From: an uncultured Acidobacteriota bacterium
GTDB lineage: Bacteria > Acidobacteriota > JAQAZP01
Direction of reading: 5' to 3'
NCBI GenBank assembly: GCA_963836075.1
Contig: CAWIIB010000001.1
Location: forward strand, 800,001-864,000
DNA length: 64,000 nt
Part shown: positions 53,695 to 64,000 of the stretch, one piece after another
How the letters are laid out: each line of letters begins with the position of its first letter
Numbering within the stretch: position 1 is the stretch's first letter
Notes under the pieces: model-generated
The model's database searches: none
Told to the model about the DNA's origin: nothing
Seen by the model: only the letters and a program-made list of their open reading frames with translations
Made by a program: the position numbers and the translations under genes

Positions 53695-54567
53695 ATGACC
53701 GACAACTGGAAAGTGAACAAGAAGATTCTCATCGTCGATGACGACCGGAATTTCCGTGAATTCCTGCGTACCATGCTCACCGAGTGGGGCTATCCCGTGG
53801 TGGAAGCCGAGGACGGCATCAAAGCCATGCTGCGCATCATGGACGAGTCACCGGACCTGGTGCTGCTCGACCTGGCCATGCCCACCATCTCCGGACACCG
53901 GGTCACCGAGTTGATCAACAGTGTCCCCGACATCCGCAACATCCCGATCATCGTCATCAGCGGCAATGCCATGAAGTTCAAGGATCGCCTGGAGACCCTC
54001 GGTGCCGTGGCCGTCTTCTCCAAGCCGTTCGACCTGGAGGAGCTGCTGTCCGCCATCGATACGGTCCTCTCCGCCCCCACCGTGGAGATCATCGAGGAGA
54101 ACGCGGCCGAGGCTCCGTCCCCTTCTCCGCCCTCCGAAACAGTGGAAAGCCCGGTCCGGCCGGCTGGTCAAGACAAGCGGCGGGGCTGGTTTGCCCCGAT
54201 GCGCGACGGTTCACCGCAAAAGACCCTGGACCGCCTGCGCCGGGCGATACAGCAGAAACCGGACGACCTTGAGGCCGCCGGATATCTCAAGCTGGCAGAA
54301 ACCCTGATCGTCAGGAATTTCTTCAAACGGTTCGACGAACCGGGCGACGTGGTGCCCCGCCTGCACCCGCAGCTGGCCCAGGAGATCACGAGGTTCAGCC
54401 TCAACCCCGCCGAAGGGTTCCTGCTGTCACAGATGGACGGCCAGACCGACCTGGGCAGCCTCTTTTTTGTCAGCGGGATGAACCGTTTCCGCACCTGCCT
54501 GCTGCTGGAAAACCTGCTCCGCGAGGGTATCGTGCTGCTGGAGAACGGGAGGGCGCTCGATGAGTGA
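53695..54567 (+). CDS. Response regulator (REC + C-terminal DUF4388-associated-like helical domain)
   Basis: 'ILIVDDD', 'LLDLAMP', 'KPF'; C-terminal 'LNPAEGFLLSQMDG'. Confidence 0.85.
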   Translation: MTDNWKVNKKILIVDDDRNFREFLRTMLTEWGYPVVEAEDGIKAMLRIMDESPDLVLLDLAMPTISGHRVTELINSVPDIRNIPIIVISGNAMKFKDRLETLGAVAVFSKPFDLEELLSAIDTVLSAPTVEIIEENAAEAPSPSPPSETVESPVRPAGQDKRRGWFAPMRDGSPQKTLDRLRRAIQQKPDDLEAAGYLKLAETLIVRNFFKRFDEPGDVVPRLHPQLAQEITRFSLNPAEGFLLSQMDGQTDLGSLFFVSGMNRFRTCLLLENLLREGIVLLENGRALDE

Positions 54568-55642
54568 CAGCGGCACCATCTCCGGTTCCCCCTTCTGGTC
54601 GGCCAGCTACCCGATGGTCATTTTCAACCAGGAAGGCATGATCAGGGAGTCCAACCCGGCCTTTAATCTCTGTTTCTCCGACCAGGCCGGCCAGCTGTGC
54701 GGCACCAACCTGGCCCAGTTGTTCTTCCCCAACAATCCGGCCAAATTCGCCGAACTGCTCACCGCCATGATCCGCTCCGGTGATGACAAACGGCCCACCA
54801 TCGAGGTGGAATCCAACGGCAAGCACTACCGGGCCGACATCTTCCCGCTCCACGGGGACAACGGCAGCGGCGGCCCGTCACTGCTGGCCACCGTGCTGAT
54901 CGACATCACTCGCGAGAAACAGATCGAGCAGAAAAAGGCGGACTTCACCTCGATGATCGTCCATGACCTCCGCGGGCCGCTCACCGCGATCATGGGTGTC
55001 ATGGAGCTGGTGGTGGCCTCGTGGGACAAGGGGCTCAAGGAGTCCTACCGCGAGATGCTGTCCAATGGAGTCCAGGAATCGATACGGATGAGCGGCCTGA
55101 TCGATGAACTGCTGGATTTCGGCAAAATCGAATCGGGCAAGTTCACCATCACCAGTGACCGGATCAGTGTCGCCTCGGTGGTCCGGCGGGCGGTGACCTC
55201 GATGAAGAACATCGCCGAGCGCGAAGGCATTCTGCTGGAATCGGTGATCGAGGCCCAGCTGCCCAACGTGCTGGGGGACGAGGACAAGCTGACCCAGGTC
55301 TTGATCAACCTGCTCTCCAACGCCATCAAGTTCACACCCCGGGAGGGCATGGTCTGCGTTTTTGTGGAGAATGCCGACGGTGAGCGGCCGGACACCCCGG
55401 AGATCAGAATCACCGTCACCGACACCGGCGGCGGCATCGGCCGGGAGGAGGTGGACAACCTGTTCGCCCGCTACAGCCAGGCCGACAACCAGGACGCGGC
55501 TGCGGGCAAGAAGCTGGGCGGGACCGGCCTGGGCCTCTACATCGTCAAGGAACTGGTGGAAGCCCATGGCGGCCGAATCGCACTGGCCAGTGAAAAGGGC
55601 CTTGGCACCTCGGTGATCTTCACCCTACCCCTGTCCGACTGA
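54560..55642 (+). CDS. PAS-domain sensor histidine kinase
   Basis: 'HDLRGPLTAI', 'NLLSNAIKFT', 'DTGGGI', 'GTGLGL'. Confidence 0.92.
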   Translation: MSDSGTISGSPFWSASYPMVIFNQEGMIRESNPAFNLCFSDQAGQLCGTNLAQLFFPNNPAKFAELLTAMIRSGDDKRPTIEVESNGKHYRADIFPLHGDNGSGGPSLLATVLIDITREKQIEQKKADFTSMIVHDLRGPLTAIMGVMELVVASWDKGLKESYREMLSNGVQESIRMSGLIDELLDFGKIESGKFTITSDRISVASVVRRAVTSMKNIAEREGILLESVIEAQLPNVLGDEDKLTQVLINLLSNAIKFTPREGMVCVFVENADGERPDTPEIRITVTDTGGGIGREEVDNLFARYSQADNQDAAAGKKLGGTGLGLYIVKELVEAHGGRIALASEKGLGTSVIFTLPLSD

Positions 55643-56752
55643 CCCGGGCACCTTCACCCGCTGCTGGGTGGCGTACTGGTTGAAGAGCCGTCCCCACTTG
55701 CCGGCCAGAACCTTGCGCACCCGGGACTTGCCCACCATCGGGTACCAAAGGACATCGTGGTAGAACCGGGAGGCCACATAGGACCAGGGCACCAGCCAGG
55801 TCCGCAGCAGCAGGTGCTCCAGCGGCTTCAGCGCCCCGTGGTAGATCAGTTTCTGCCCGCGGCTGGCCAGGGTATTCTTCTTTGATCGGAAACCGAAACT
55901 GACCTTCTCCACGTCGTCGCCCACGATATCGATCTCCTCGAAGCGGCCGCAGCCCAGCCCGCGCTCGTGGGCGAGGCGGATGAAGTCGAGGGACATGGGA
56001 TCGATGCCCATCATGTGCGCCGATACCGCGTCGATGGCCACCATGTCGGCGCTGGCCAGGACGTAGTCGGTCTCGTGGGGCACCATGCAGCGCGGCCCCG
56101 GGCCATCCCCGGCCACCGTGCCGTCCATCACCGCGAAGAGGCCGGGGTGGATCTCCTTCTGGATCATCAGCAGATCCACCAGCGTCTCGTGGATCACGCT
56201 GTGGGTCCAGTGCCGCTTCTGGTTCAAGAGGCCGCCAAAGGCGTTCTTCATCGCCCCGGTCATCTCGGTAAACACGTGGGTCTTCATGGTGGGCAGGTGG
56301 ATGATGTTTTCGCCGATGAACCGTTTGGGGATCTGAAACCCTTCGGGGTAGACCTGGTCGAGAACCAGCAGCTCCCCCTTGGGCCGGAAGTCGATCCACT
56401 CCTCCTCCTCCAGGTGGATGTTGTTCAGACCGTACTTGTCCACCACCACCTGCTTCTGGTGGTTGTTCACCTCGCCCACCTTGGAGTTCACCACCACCGT
56501 GCTGTTGTGACAACCGTGGATCAGCCCGGGGTCGTAGCCGTCCTCCAGCATGGTGTTGATCACCCCGTCCAGCTGGTACGGGGTGGTGGAGCAGGCCGGG
56601 AAGTAGACGTGCCAGGAGATGTTGATCTTCAGCCCGGTCTCGTTCTCCGGCGGGAGGTGTGACTGGTAGTCGGCAAGGCGCATCACCTTGCCGTAATCGG
56701 CGATCACCCCTTCGGGGCTGGTCTTCAGAACGGCCACCTTCGATCTGCTCAA
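55625..56752 (-). CDS. DUF362 domain protein
   Basis: 'LKINISW', 'STTP', 'LPTMKTH', 'TGAMKNAFG', 'DG..AGDGPGP', 'DMVAID'. Confidence 0.85.
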   Translation of the reverse strand: MSRSKVAVLKTSPEGVIADYGKVMRLADYQSHLPPENETGLKINISWHVYFPACSTTPYQLDGVINTMLEDGYDPGLIHGCHNSTVVVNSKVGEVNNHQKQVVVDKYGLNNIHLEEEEWIDFRPKGELLVLDQVYPEGFQIPKRFIGENIIHLPTMKTHVFTEMTGAMKNAFGGLLNQKRHWTHSVIHETLVDLLMIQKEIHPGLFAVMDGTVAGDGPGPRCMVPHETDYVLASADMVAIDAVSAHMMGIDPMSLDFIRLAHERGLGCGRFEEIDIVGDDVEKVSFGFRSKKNTLASRGQKLIYHGALKPLEHLLLRTWLVPWSYVASRFYHDVLWYPMVGKSRVRKVLAGKWGRLFNQYATQQRVKVPGSVGQG

Positions 56753-56931
56753 GACTCGGGTCTCCTTGGTTGTCTCGCGCCCGGCGCGAATCATTCAACA
56801 TCGGGAAGAGGAATTATAGACCCTGCCGCCCACTGTTGCCACTTCCGGCAGGAGTCTGCTATATTTTCAATCCTGTCCGGAATGGCCGAATAGGGAGAAA
56901 CATCACCTCAACCGGAGTTACCCCTGACTGC

Positions 56932-58197
56932 ATGAACAACGACCCCCTTCAGCCGAGCACCGTAATCACCCCCGAAACGGACGCGCCGTCCTCCGCGGGC
57001 CGGGGCCTGCTGCTCTCTCTCGCGGTCCTGGCCCTGCTGGCCGTTCTTGGCTTCGTGCTCTACGGCAACACCATCGACTCCGAGTTCCACCTCGACGATT
57101 ACCCCAACCTGGTGGACAACGCGGCGATCCACATGACCAGTCTCGATGCGGAATCACTCTGGCGGGCCCTCTCCACCTCGGTGGGCGGCAACCGGCCGGT
57201 GGCCTCGCTGCTCTTCGCGCTCAACTTCCGCGCCGGCCAGTTCAACGTGCGCAGTTTTCACATCACCAGCATTATCTGTCACATTCTCGCCGGCTGGCTG
57301 CTCTTTCTCTTTCTCCGCCGCACCCTGCTGCTGTCCCGCTTTGCCGGGCGCTTCGGCGACCGGGCCAGCCTGGTGGCCCTGCTGGCCACCCTGGTCTGGT
57401 TCGCCCACCCGATCCAGACCCAGGCGGTGACCTACATCGTCCAGCGGGCCAACGTGCTCTCCGGGCTGTTCAGCTTTGCCGCGCTCTACCTCTTCGCCGT
57501 GATCAGGACGTCCAGCCCCGGCCGCGGACTGCGGGCCCTGCAATGGGCCGGCCTGCTGCTGGCCGGTCTGCTGGCCCTGGGCAGCAAGGAGACCGCCGCG
57601 GTGCTGCCGGTGATCATCCTGCTCTACGAACTGTTCTTCATCCGCACCTTCGACTTCGGCGCCCTGCGCAACAAGTGGGCCTACCTGGCCGGCATCATCA
57701 TCGCGCCCGCGCTGATCCTCGCCGCCGACTACCACCGTTTCGGCATGTCGCTCATCGAACGGACGGGGGCCATCTACCAGTTGCGCGGGTTCACCATGTG
57801 GGAGCGCGTGCTCACCGAGTTCCGGGTGCTGGTGCGCTACATCACCCTGCTCATCCTGCCCCTGCCGGGCCGGCTGAACCTCGAACACGAGGTGTCCATC
57901 TCCCGGGGCCTGTTCAGCCCGCTGACCACCCTGCTCAGCCTGCTGGTGCTGCTGGCCCTGGTGGCCCTGGGCTTCTACCTTGCCCGGCGGCGGCCGCTGA
58001 TCTCGTTTTTCATTTTCTGGTTCTTCATCCAGCTGGCCATCGAGTCCTCGGTGGTGCCCCTGGAGCTGATGTTCGAGCACCGGCTCTACCTCCCCTCGGT
58101 GTCGCTGGCCGTAATCCTGGCCGCGCTGCTCCTCGAGCAGCAAAAAACGTCCACTTCCCCTCCCCCGCTGCGGACCGACGAGGAGGTGCAGTCATGA
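56932..58197 (+). CDS. TMTC-like GT-C glycosyltransferase, membrane portion
   Basis: 'FHLDD', 'RP', 'HPIQTQAVTYIVQR', 'SKE', 'FEHRLYLPS'. Confidence 0.85.
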   Translation: MNNDPLQPSTVITPETDAPSSAGRGLLLSLAVLALLAVLGFVLYGNTIDSEFHLDDYPNLVDNAAIHMTSLDAESLWRALSTSVGGNRPVASLLFALNFRAGQFNVRSFHITSIICHILAGWLLFLFLRRTLLLSRFAGRFGDRASLVALLATLVWFAHPIQTQAVTYIVQRANVLSGLFSFAALYLFAVIRTSSPGRGLRALQWAGLLLAGLLALGSKETAAVLPVIILLYELFFIRTFDFGALRNKWAYLAGIIIAPALILAADYHRFGMSLIERTGAIYQLRGFTMWERVLTEFRVLVRYITLLILPLPGRLNLEHEVSISRGLFSPLTTLLSLLVLLALVALGFYLARRRPLISFFIFWFFIQLAIESSVVPLELMFEHRLYLPSVSLAVILAALLLEQQKTSTSPPPLRTDEEVQS

Positions 58198-59166
58198 ACA
58201 CCCTCCTGGCAAAAGTCACCGGCAAAGTACCCGGGCACCCTGATCCTGCTGGCGGTGGTGCTGGTCTTCTCGCTGTTCACCATCCAGCGAAACCGGGTCT
58301 GGACCACCGAACTGTCGCTGCTGGAGGACTCGGCGCAGAAATCCCCGGGCAAGGCGCGGATATTCTCCAACCTCGCCCGGACCCACTACCTGATGGCCGA
58401 AGCGGAAACCGACGGTGACGCGGCCCTGGCCCGGATGCAGCAGGTGATCGACAACGCACAGAGCGCATTGAAGCGCGACCCCACCCTGCTGGATGCCCAC
58501 GTGCACCTGGGCAACGCTTACGCCTACCTGGCCCAGATGGCCGCCGGCAACCCGGAAACCGCGGCCCAGGCGTCGGAACTGCGCGAGATGGCCATCGATT
58601 CCTTTTCCCGGGCCATCTCCATCAACCCCGAATATCCCGACGCCCATGTCAACCTGGGCCTTGAACTCTCCCGCAAGGGTTTGAAGAATGAAGCCATCGA
58701 GGAGTACAAACTGGCCATCGAACTCAACCCGATGCACCTCAAGGCGCGCAACAACCTGGGCAATGTCTACCAGTCCCAGCAGCAGTACCAGCTGGCCATC
58801 GAGCAGTATCTCTTCTGCCTGGACATGTATTCCGGAATGCCGGAGGTGCACAACAACCTGGCCAACAGCTACCTGAGCCTCAAGCGCTACGAGGAGGCCG
58901 AGCAGCACTACAAGGCGGCGATCAACCTGTTCAAGGATTTCGGTATCGCCCACACCAACCTGGCCATGGCCTACCTGGAACAGGGCAAGGTCAAGGAAGC
59001 GCGTTTCCACATCGACGAGGCGCTGCGCATCGACCCCAACAACAGCGTGGCCCAGTCGATGGTCAGCACCGTACCGCTGCAGCGGGTACCGGTGCAACCG
59101 GGAGACGGCGCACCGCGCACCCGCCCGCCACGCCCCGGCCCACCGGCCGCTCCCCAGGGTCAGTAG
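58194..59166 (+). CDS. TM + TPR portion of the TMTC-like protein (needs a 1-nt correction near 58225 if started at ATG 58194)
   Basis: GAGGAGG RBS and ATGA overlap; 'TIQRNRVW' motif, then about 7 TPRs. Confidence 0.75.
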
Positions 59167-59189
59167 CCAAAGCCACCCACCGGACAGGA

Positions 59190-60341
59190 TCACCCTTTTC
59201 CGTGCAGCAGTCGTGCGCCGATAAGGCAGAGGAAAACGGCGCAGAGGGTGAAGGACCAGAGCGCCGCGCCGCTGATGCCGGTGAACAGCTGGTTCATCTC
59301 GGTGCTGCGGACCGGTGCTGCGGAATCGAACCCGCCCTGAGCCGTCAACCGGGCCTGGACGTCCCCGGGCAGGCGCGGGTCCAGCACTTTCATCACCGCC
59401 GGGAAGTGGCGCAGCAGGATTTTCTGCTCCGCGGCCGCCATGACCGGCCGCCCGGCGTCGAGGTGGTGGTTCCGTGCGCCGATGTGCCGCAGGGCCTCGG
59501 TGATGAAGAAGTCCTCCACCGCCCAGGCCCCGTATCCCGCCACCGTCTCTTCCGGGTTGAAGCGGGCCCCGGTCTCCTGCCACCGCAGACGGTGGATGCG
59601 GTTCTGTCTTCCCAGGCCGTTCCGGTCAAAGCGGGTCTTGAAGGCCACCCCGGCCTTGCGGTCCACGATCAGGTGGCCCAGCTGGACCTGCTGGAGAAAC
59701 CCGCCCAGGGCCAGCAGGAAGACGGCCGATCCGAGCAGGATGTTTCTCCAGACCCGCGCGGCCGGCGGATTGATCCCCTGCCCCGGGCGGATCACCAGGG
59801 CCACGTAGAGCAACCCCAGCGCCCCGGCCAGCAGGTTGATCCAGACGTCGCGGATCTCCCCCACCCGCAGGGGCAGGAGGTGCTGGACATACTCGTCCAG
59901 CAGTCCGGCCAGCACGGTGAACAGCAGGCCGTGAACATAGATCTGGGGCCCGGGCAGCCGCCGGTGAAAAGCCCACCAGAAGAGCACCGCCAGCAGGCTG
60001 TATTCCAGCAGGTGGACCTTCTCCACCAGGCCCACCACCGGGTTGGGCCCCTTGAGCAGCACGAAGACCAGACCGAAGAGCAGCAGAAAGAGGCCCAGCC
60101 GGAGCCAGCGTGAGGGCTGCCCCCGAAACAGGCGCAGGTGGACGGCGAGAAACCCGAGGACCGCTGCGGCGAAGAGGATGAACAGCGGCAGTTGCACGCC
60201 CTCGTCACCCAGGGCGGCCCGCAGCCGGCCGACATAGGGCAGGGTGAGCAGGATCAGGGCCAGCGCCAGGACCAGGACAGCAATCCGCAACTCCTCGGGT
60301 ATACCCCTGGCCGCCGGCCTGCCGTGATCCGGTTCCATCAC
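59190..60341 (-). CDS. VanZ-like membrane protein with C-terminal soluble extension
   Basis: 'EKVHLLEYSLL', 'LDEYVQHLLP.RVGEIRDVWIN'. Confidence 0.8.
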   Translation of the reverse strand: MMEPDHGRPAARGIPEELRIAVLVLALALILLTLPYVGRLRAALGDEGVQLPLFILFAAAVLGFLAVHLRLFRGQPSRWLRLGLFLLLFGLVFVLLKGPNPVVGLVEKVHLLEYSLLAVLFWWAFHRRLPGPQIYVHGLLFTVLAGLLDEYVQHLLPLRVGEIRDVWINLLAGALGLLYVALVIRPGQGINPPAARVWRNILLGSAVFLLALGGFLQQVQLGHLIVDRKAGVAFKTRFDRNGLGRQNRIHRLRWQETGARFNPEETVAGYGAWAVEDFFITEALRHIGARNHHLDAGRPVMAAAEQKILLRHFPAVMKVLDPRLPGDVQARLTAQGGFDSAAPVRSTEMNQLFTGISGAALWSFTLCAVFLCLIGARLLHGKG

Positions 60342-62310
60342 ATCCGCTCCGGGATCCCGATTCCGAGAATGGCAAGGGTCTGTGCCATCCGGCTGCGGAA
60401 GAGCCGGACCAGCAGCGACCGCATCTCCCGCAGGCGCGGGTCGTCCTCACCGATGATGTGATACTTGTGGTAGTAGGTGTTGAACCGCTGGGCCATGGTA
60501 AAGGCGTGGCGGGCAACCTGGGACAGTTCCAGGGCCTCCACCGCCGAGGCGGTGACGTCCTCGCCCTGGGAGAGCAGGTGCAGCAGTTCCCAGGTGTCGC
60601 CCCTCTCGGCGTCGGAGAGCAGTTCCATGTCGTAGCGGGCGGCGGCGTCAGCGGCCTGGCGTTGGTCGAAACCGCCCAGCTTGCCAATGATGTTGCCCGC
60701 CCGCACCGCGGCATACTGGACGTAGGGCCCGGACTCACCCTCGAAACTCATCGCCTCGTCGAGGTCGAAGACGATGACCTTGTTTCTCGTGAACTTGAGC
60801 ATGAAGAAACGCAGCGCGCCCTGGGCGATGACCCGCGCCGTTTCCCCCTGCGCCTCCGGCGTCAGAGCCGGGTTGCGCTGGGCCACCTCCCGGCCGGCCT
60901 TCTCCTCCAGGTGGTCCAGCAGGTCGTCGGCCTTGACCCCCAGCCCCTTGCGGCCCGACATCTCCACGAACTGCCGGCCGGCATCGTCGTCGGACACCGG
61001 CAGCCCCAGCTCCCGGGCCGTGCCCGGGCTCAGCGCCACGAACTCGTAGGAGAAGTGGATCGAGCGGTCGGACTGCTCGGGGTAGCCCAGCACCCTGAGC
61101 CCCTCGGCCACGATGCGCTGGAGGTAGGACTGGCGCACGTCGATCACGTTGTAGACTACACCGGCGTTGCCGAACTGCGGTGCCTGGTCCGCGGGAACAC
61201 CGTCCGCCCGGGTGGCCCACAGCTGGTGGCCGTCCGGGTAGCGGTGGAACCGTGCGTAGGTGAAGTCGGCGCCCAGCAAGCCGAACTTCCAGAGCTGGTA
61301 GGCCACGTCCTTGCCCACGTAGGTCACCGTGCCGTCGGAGCGCACCAGCACCTTGTCCGGGTCGTCCATCTCGGCAAAGGCTTCGCTCTCTTTCAGCGGC
61401 ATGACCCAGCAGCCGGCGTTCTTGCCATCTTTCTCCAGCACGGCGGCGCCCCGTTCCTTGAGCAGGTCAAAGGCCTTCTGCCAGAACTGCAGGCGGATGA
61501 TCTCCCCCTCCCAGGGCAGCAGGTCGTAGGCCACACCGATGCGCTCCATGGTGGCGATGTGCTGCCGGACGTTGCGCTCGGCGATGGCCGCGGCCACGAC
61601 CGCGGTCTCCCCCTCCCCCTCCTCGATCTGCCGCAGGGTGGTGCTGCGCATTTGCCCGGCCTTGTCGCCGACCGACTCGTAGAAGTCCATCACCCGGGAG
61701 TAGACGTCCCAGCAGCTGAAGTCGAAGGGCTCGGCCACCCCCTCCAGGTCCTGCAGGGTCTTCACGCCCCCAGTTCCCGGAAGCCGATCACCACGTCGGC
61801 CACCTGGACTCCGGTGTTGTCGATGTAGTTCTGCACCTCCACCGGGCGGCCCAGGCTGCGCAGGGCCCGGACCAGGGTGTCGCCCAGCACGGCGTTGCGC
61901 AGGTGGCCGATGTGCGCCGCCTTGTTGGGATTGATGTTGGTGTGCTCGACGATGGCTCTCGGGGCTGAAGGGTCCGCTTCAGCCGGACCGGCGACCAGGG
62001 CCTGGTGCAGTTCACCCACGAAGCGGTTGCGGTCGAAGAAGATGTTGACATACCCGCCGCCGGCCACGGTGATCGACGAACAGCCGGGCGGGGGCGTGTC
62101 AAAAGATTCGACGATCTGCTGGGCGATCTGCCGCGGCGCCCGCTTGAGCATCTTGGCCAACTCGAAACAGACCGGCGTGGCCAGGTCGCCCATCTCGGTG
62201 TTCGGGGGCTGCTCCAGCACCAGCCGTTCAGGCGCCTGCCCGAACAGCGTGTGGATTCGCTCGCTCAGCGCGGTGGAGACATTCTCTCTCAACTGATCCC
62301 AGATGGCCAT
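60338..62310 (-). CDS. argS: Arginine--tRNA ligase; apparent 1-nt deletion in a G run at ~61770
   Basis: '[18 protein letters not shown]', '[10 protein letters not shown]', 'EMSGRKG', '[12 protein letters not shown]', 'LGIGIPERM'. Confidence 0.95.
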
Positions 62311-62586
62311 GCGGCTCCCCCTGTCGCCCGTCGCTACGGGCGCCCGAATTACGCGATTTACCCACTCCTGTCCCGCCCTGCGGCGGATCAATTGCCGGAG
62401 CAAAACAGGATAGGCAAAAGCGTTCTCCCAGTCAATCCGATCGAGGAGTTGAGAGAAAAGGATTTGGTCTGTAATGAAAATATCGCGGGCTAATTCCCTC
62501 TGCTCTTCAGGAAATACCAGGAGCAGATTTCAGGGCAGCCGAACCCGGTTCAGTTTTCATTTATTTTCATCGTGGGAGGTGGATGA

Positions 62587-62928
62587 ATGTGTAGCAGGAC
62601 CACAGCTTTCAGCCTGTTTATTCTTCTGCTGATCTCCTGCATCCCGGTGATCGCCTTCGGTCCCACCAATTCACGCCTGCTCGGCTTCAGCGGAGCCGGC
62701 AGGAGAGTGATGGACGACACGTCGTATGATAATGATTACTGGCGAGATTTCGTTTCCCCGGTCGATTCCGATTCCTGGGTGTTCTCCGCCGGCTGCACAT
62801 ACAAGAAGAGCGGCAACATGGGATTCGATCTCTTCCTGCAAAGAATCGACGGCGACGGAGCCACACAAATTTCCACTTTCGAAGAGGAATACTGGCGGCT
62901 CGGCTTTGGCATGACCTTCCTGTACTGA
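62587..62928 (+). CDS. Small secreted hypothetical protein ending in an OMP-like beta-strand
   Basis: GGAGG RBS, signal peptide, C-terminal 'YWRLGFGMTFLY'. Confidence 0.5.
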   Translation: MCSRTTAFSLFILLLISCIPVIAFGPTNSRLLGFSGAGRRVMDDTSYDNDYWRDFVSPVDSDSWVFSAGCTYKKSGNMGFDLFLQRIDGDGATQISTFEEEYWRLGFGMTFLY

Positions 62929-62997
62929 TGCCCCACACTTCACAGAAGATTAAGGTTCCTGTTATATTTAGCCGTTGTACATCCTTGGGAGGATCAG

Positions 62998-64000
62998 ATG
63001 GCTTCGCCCCCGCGGCCCGGGACCATCGGGCGCTACCAGATCACCAGCAAGCTCGGCGAAGGGGCGATGGGCGTAGTCTACAAGGCCCTCGACCCGGTGA
63101 TCGGCCGGATGGTGGCGATCAAGACCGTCCGCACCGACACCGGGATGACCGGGGAGCAGTACGAGGACTTCACCCGGCGCTTCATCCAGGAAGCCCGCAT
63201 CGCCGGCACCCTCTCCCATCCCAACATCGTCACCATCTACGACGTTGGCCAGTGGCAGGACTCCCCCTTCATCGCCATGGAGTTCCTGGAGGGGCAGTCC
63301 CTGATGGAACTGCTGGCCGCCAGCTCCCCCTTCACCCCCTCGCGGCTGGTGAACCTGCTGGCCCAGATGGCCCGCGGCCTCGACTTTGCCCACGAGCACA
63401 AGGTGGTGCACCGGGACATCAAGCCGGGCAACATCATGGTCCTGCCCGGGGACCGGGTGAAGCTGATGGATTTCGGTATCGCCAAGATCCCGGGCCTCGA
63501 CACCACCCAGACCGGCGTCTTCCTCGGTTCGCCCAACTACACGGCGCCGGAGCAGATCGTCGGCAATTCGGTGGACCACCGGGCGGACATCTTCTCCCTG
63601 GGCATCGTGGCCTTCGAGCTGCTCACCGGTGCACTGCCCTTCCCCGGGGACTCCATCACCTCCGTGCTCTACAGCATCGTGCACAAACCGCCGGAATACC
63701 CCGATCACCGGCCGCGAATCGAAACCCTGGACCAGCGCTGGCAGGCGGTGTTCAACATCGTGCTGGACAAGAACCCCGACCGCCGCTTCCAGCGGGCCGA
63801 AGCATTCCTCGATGCGCTGGGCGAGAGTGTCCTGGGACGGCGTCCCGACAGCGCTGCGGGGCCCGAGGCCCGGACCACCGTTATCCCGCACTTCACCGAC
63901 CCGCCGCCCGGCACGGTTCTTGCCGGCACCCGCAAGAACCGGCGGCCGGCTGCGCGGCCCTCCGATGTCTTTCGCGGCCAGGAGGAGGTGCCGGACAGCG
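62998..64000 (+). CDS. Hanks-type Ser/Thr protein kinase (3' end outside the window; absent from the ORF track)
   Basis: Translated by hand: 'GRYQI..KLGEGAMGVVY', 'VAIK', 'HRDIKPGNI', 'DFGIAK', 'YTAPEQ', 'DIFSLG'; GGAGGA RBS. Confidence 0.95.
   Translation, partial: MASPPRPGTIGRYQITSKLGEGAMGVVYKALDPVIGRMVAIKTVRTDTGMTGEQYEDFTRRFIQEARIAGTLSHPNIVTIYDVGQWQDSPFIAMEFLEGQSLMELLAASSPFTPSRLVNLLAQMARGLDFAHEHKVVHRDIKPGNIMVLPGDRVKLMDFGIAKIPGLDTTQTGVFLGSPNYTAPEQIVGNSVDHRADIFSLGIVAFELLTGALPFPGDSITSVLYSIVHKPPEYPDHRPRIETLDQRWQAVFNIVLDKNPDRRFQRAEAFLDALGESVLGRRPDSAAGPEARTTVIPHFTDPPPGTVLAGTRKNRRPAARPSDVFRGQEEVPDS

Noticed and set aside
58195-58197. Selenocysteine at the TGA in the TMTC-like gene
   Set aside because: It falls in a variable linker where no conserved Cys is expected, there is no convincing SECIS, and a strong RBS plus ATGA overlap favours a new gene start.
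62968-63891. 307-aa minus-strand ORF
   Set aside because: Shadow of the plus-strand Ser/Thr kinase.

Overview
A GC-rich bacterial chromosomal segment. Gene content (TPR/carboxypeptidase-regulatory proteins, many GT-C glycosyltransferases, Ser/Thr kinase, TTGACA-type and sigma54 promoters) suggests Acidobacteriota or a similar diderm, but this is inference. It holds a hybrid sensor kinase, a methylmalonyl-CoA mutase operon (small subunit, large subunit, meaB), peptide-catabolism genes (pepT, OPT transporter, M24, M64, TldD/PmbA), a GT2/GT-C surface-glycosylation cluster around a KamA-family radical SAM gene, and housekeeping genes (rnhB, smpB, uvrA, a short glmU, glmS, pcrA/uvrD, rex, ddl, argS). 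No rRNA, tRNA, CRISPR array or transposase was seen. About ten single-base frameshifts, some in essential genes, look like long-read errors, and four lie at GTAC. The best leads are: (1) an exported DUF1573-type Ig-fold protein with an in-frame TGA in its CGC motif followed by a SECIS-like hairpin (probable selenoprotein); (2) a highly structured ~400-nt leader ahead of the KamA-family gene (riboswitch candidate); (3) a candidate sigma54-dependent sRNA in the AT-rich 29.0-29.5 kb gap; (4) a TMTC-like glycosyltransferase interrupted by a TGA; (5) a secreted protein made of four copies of an unrecognised domain.
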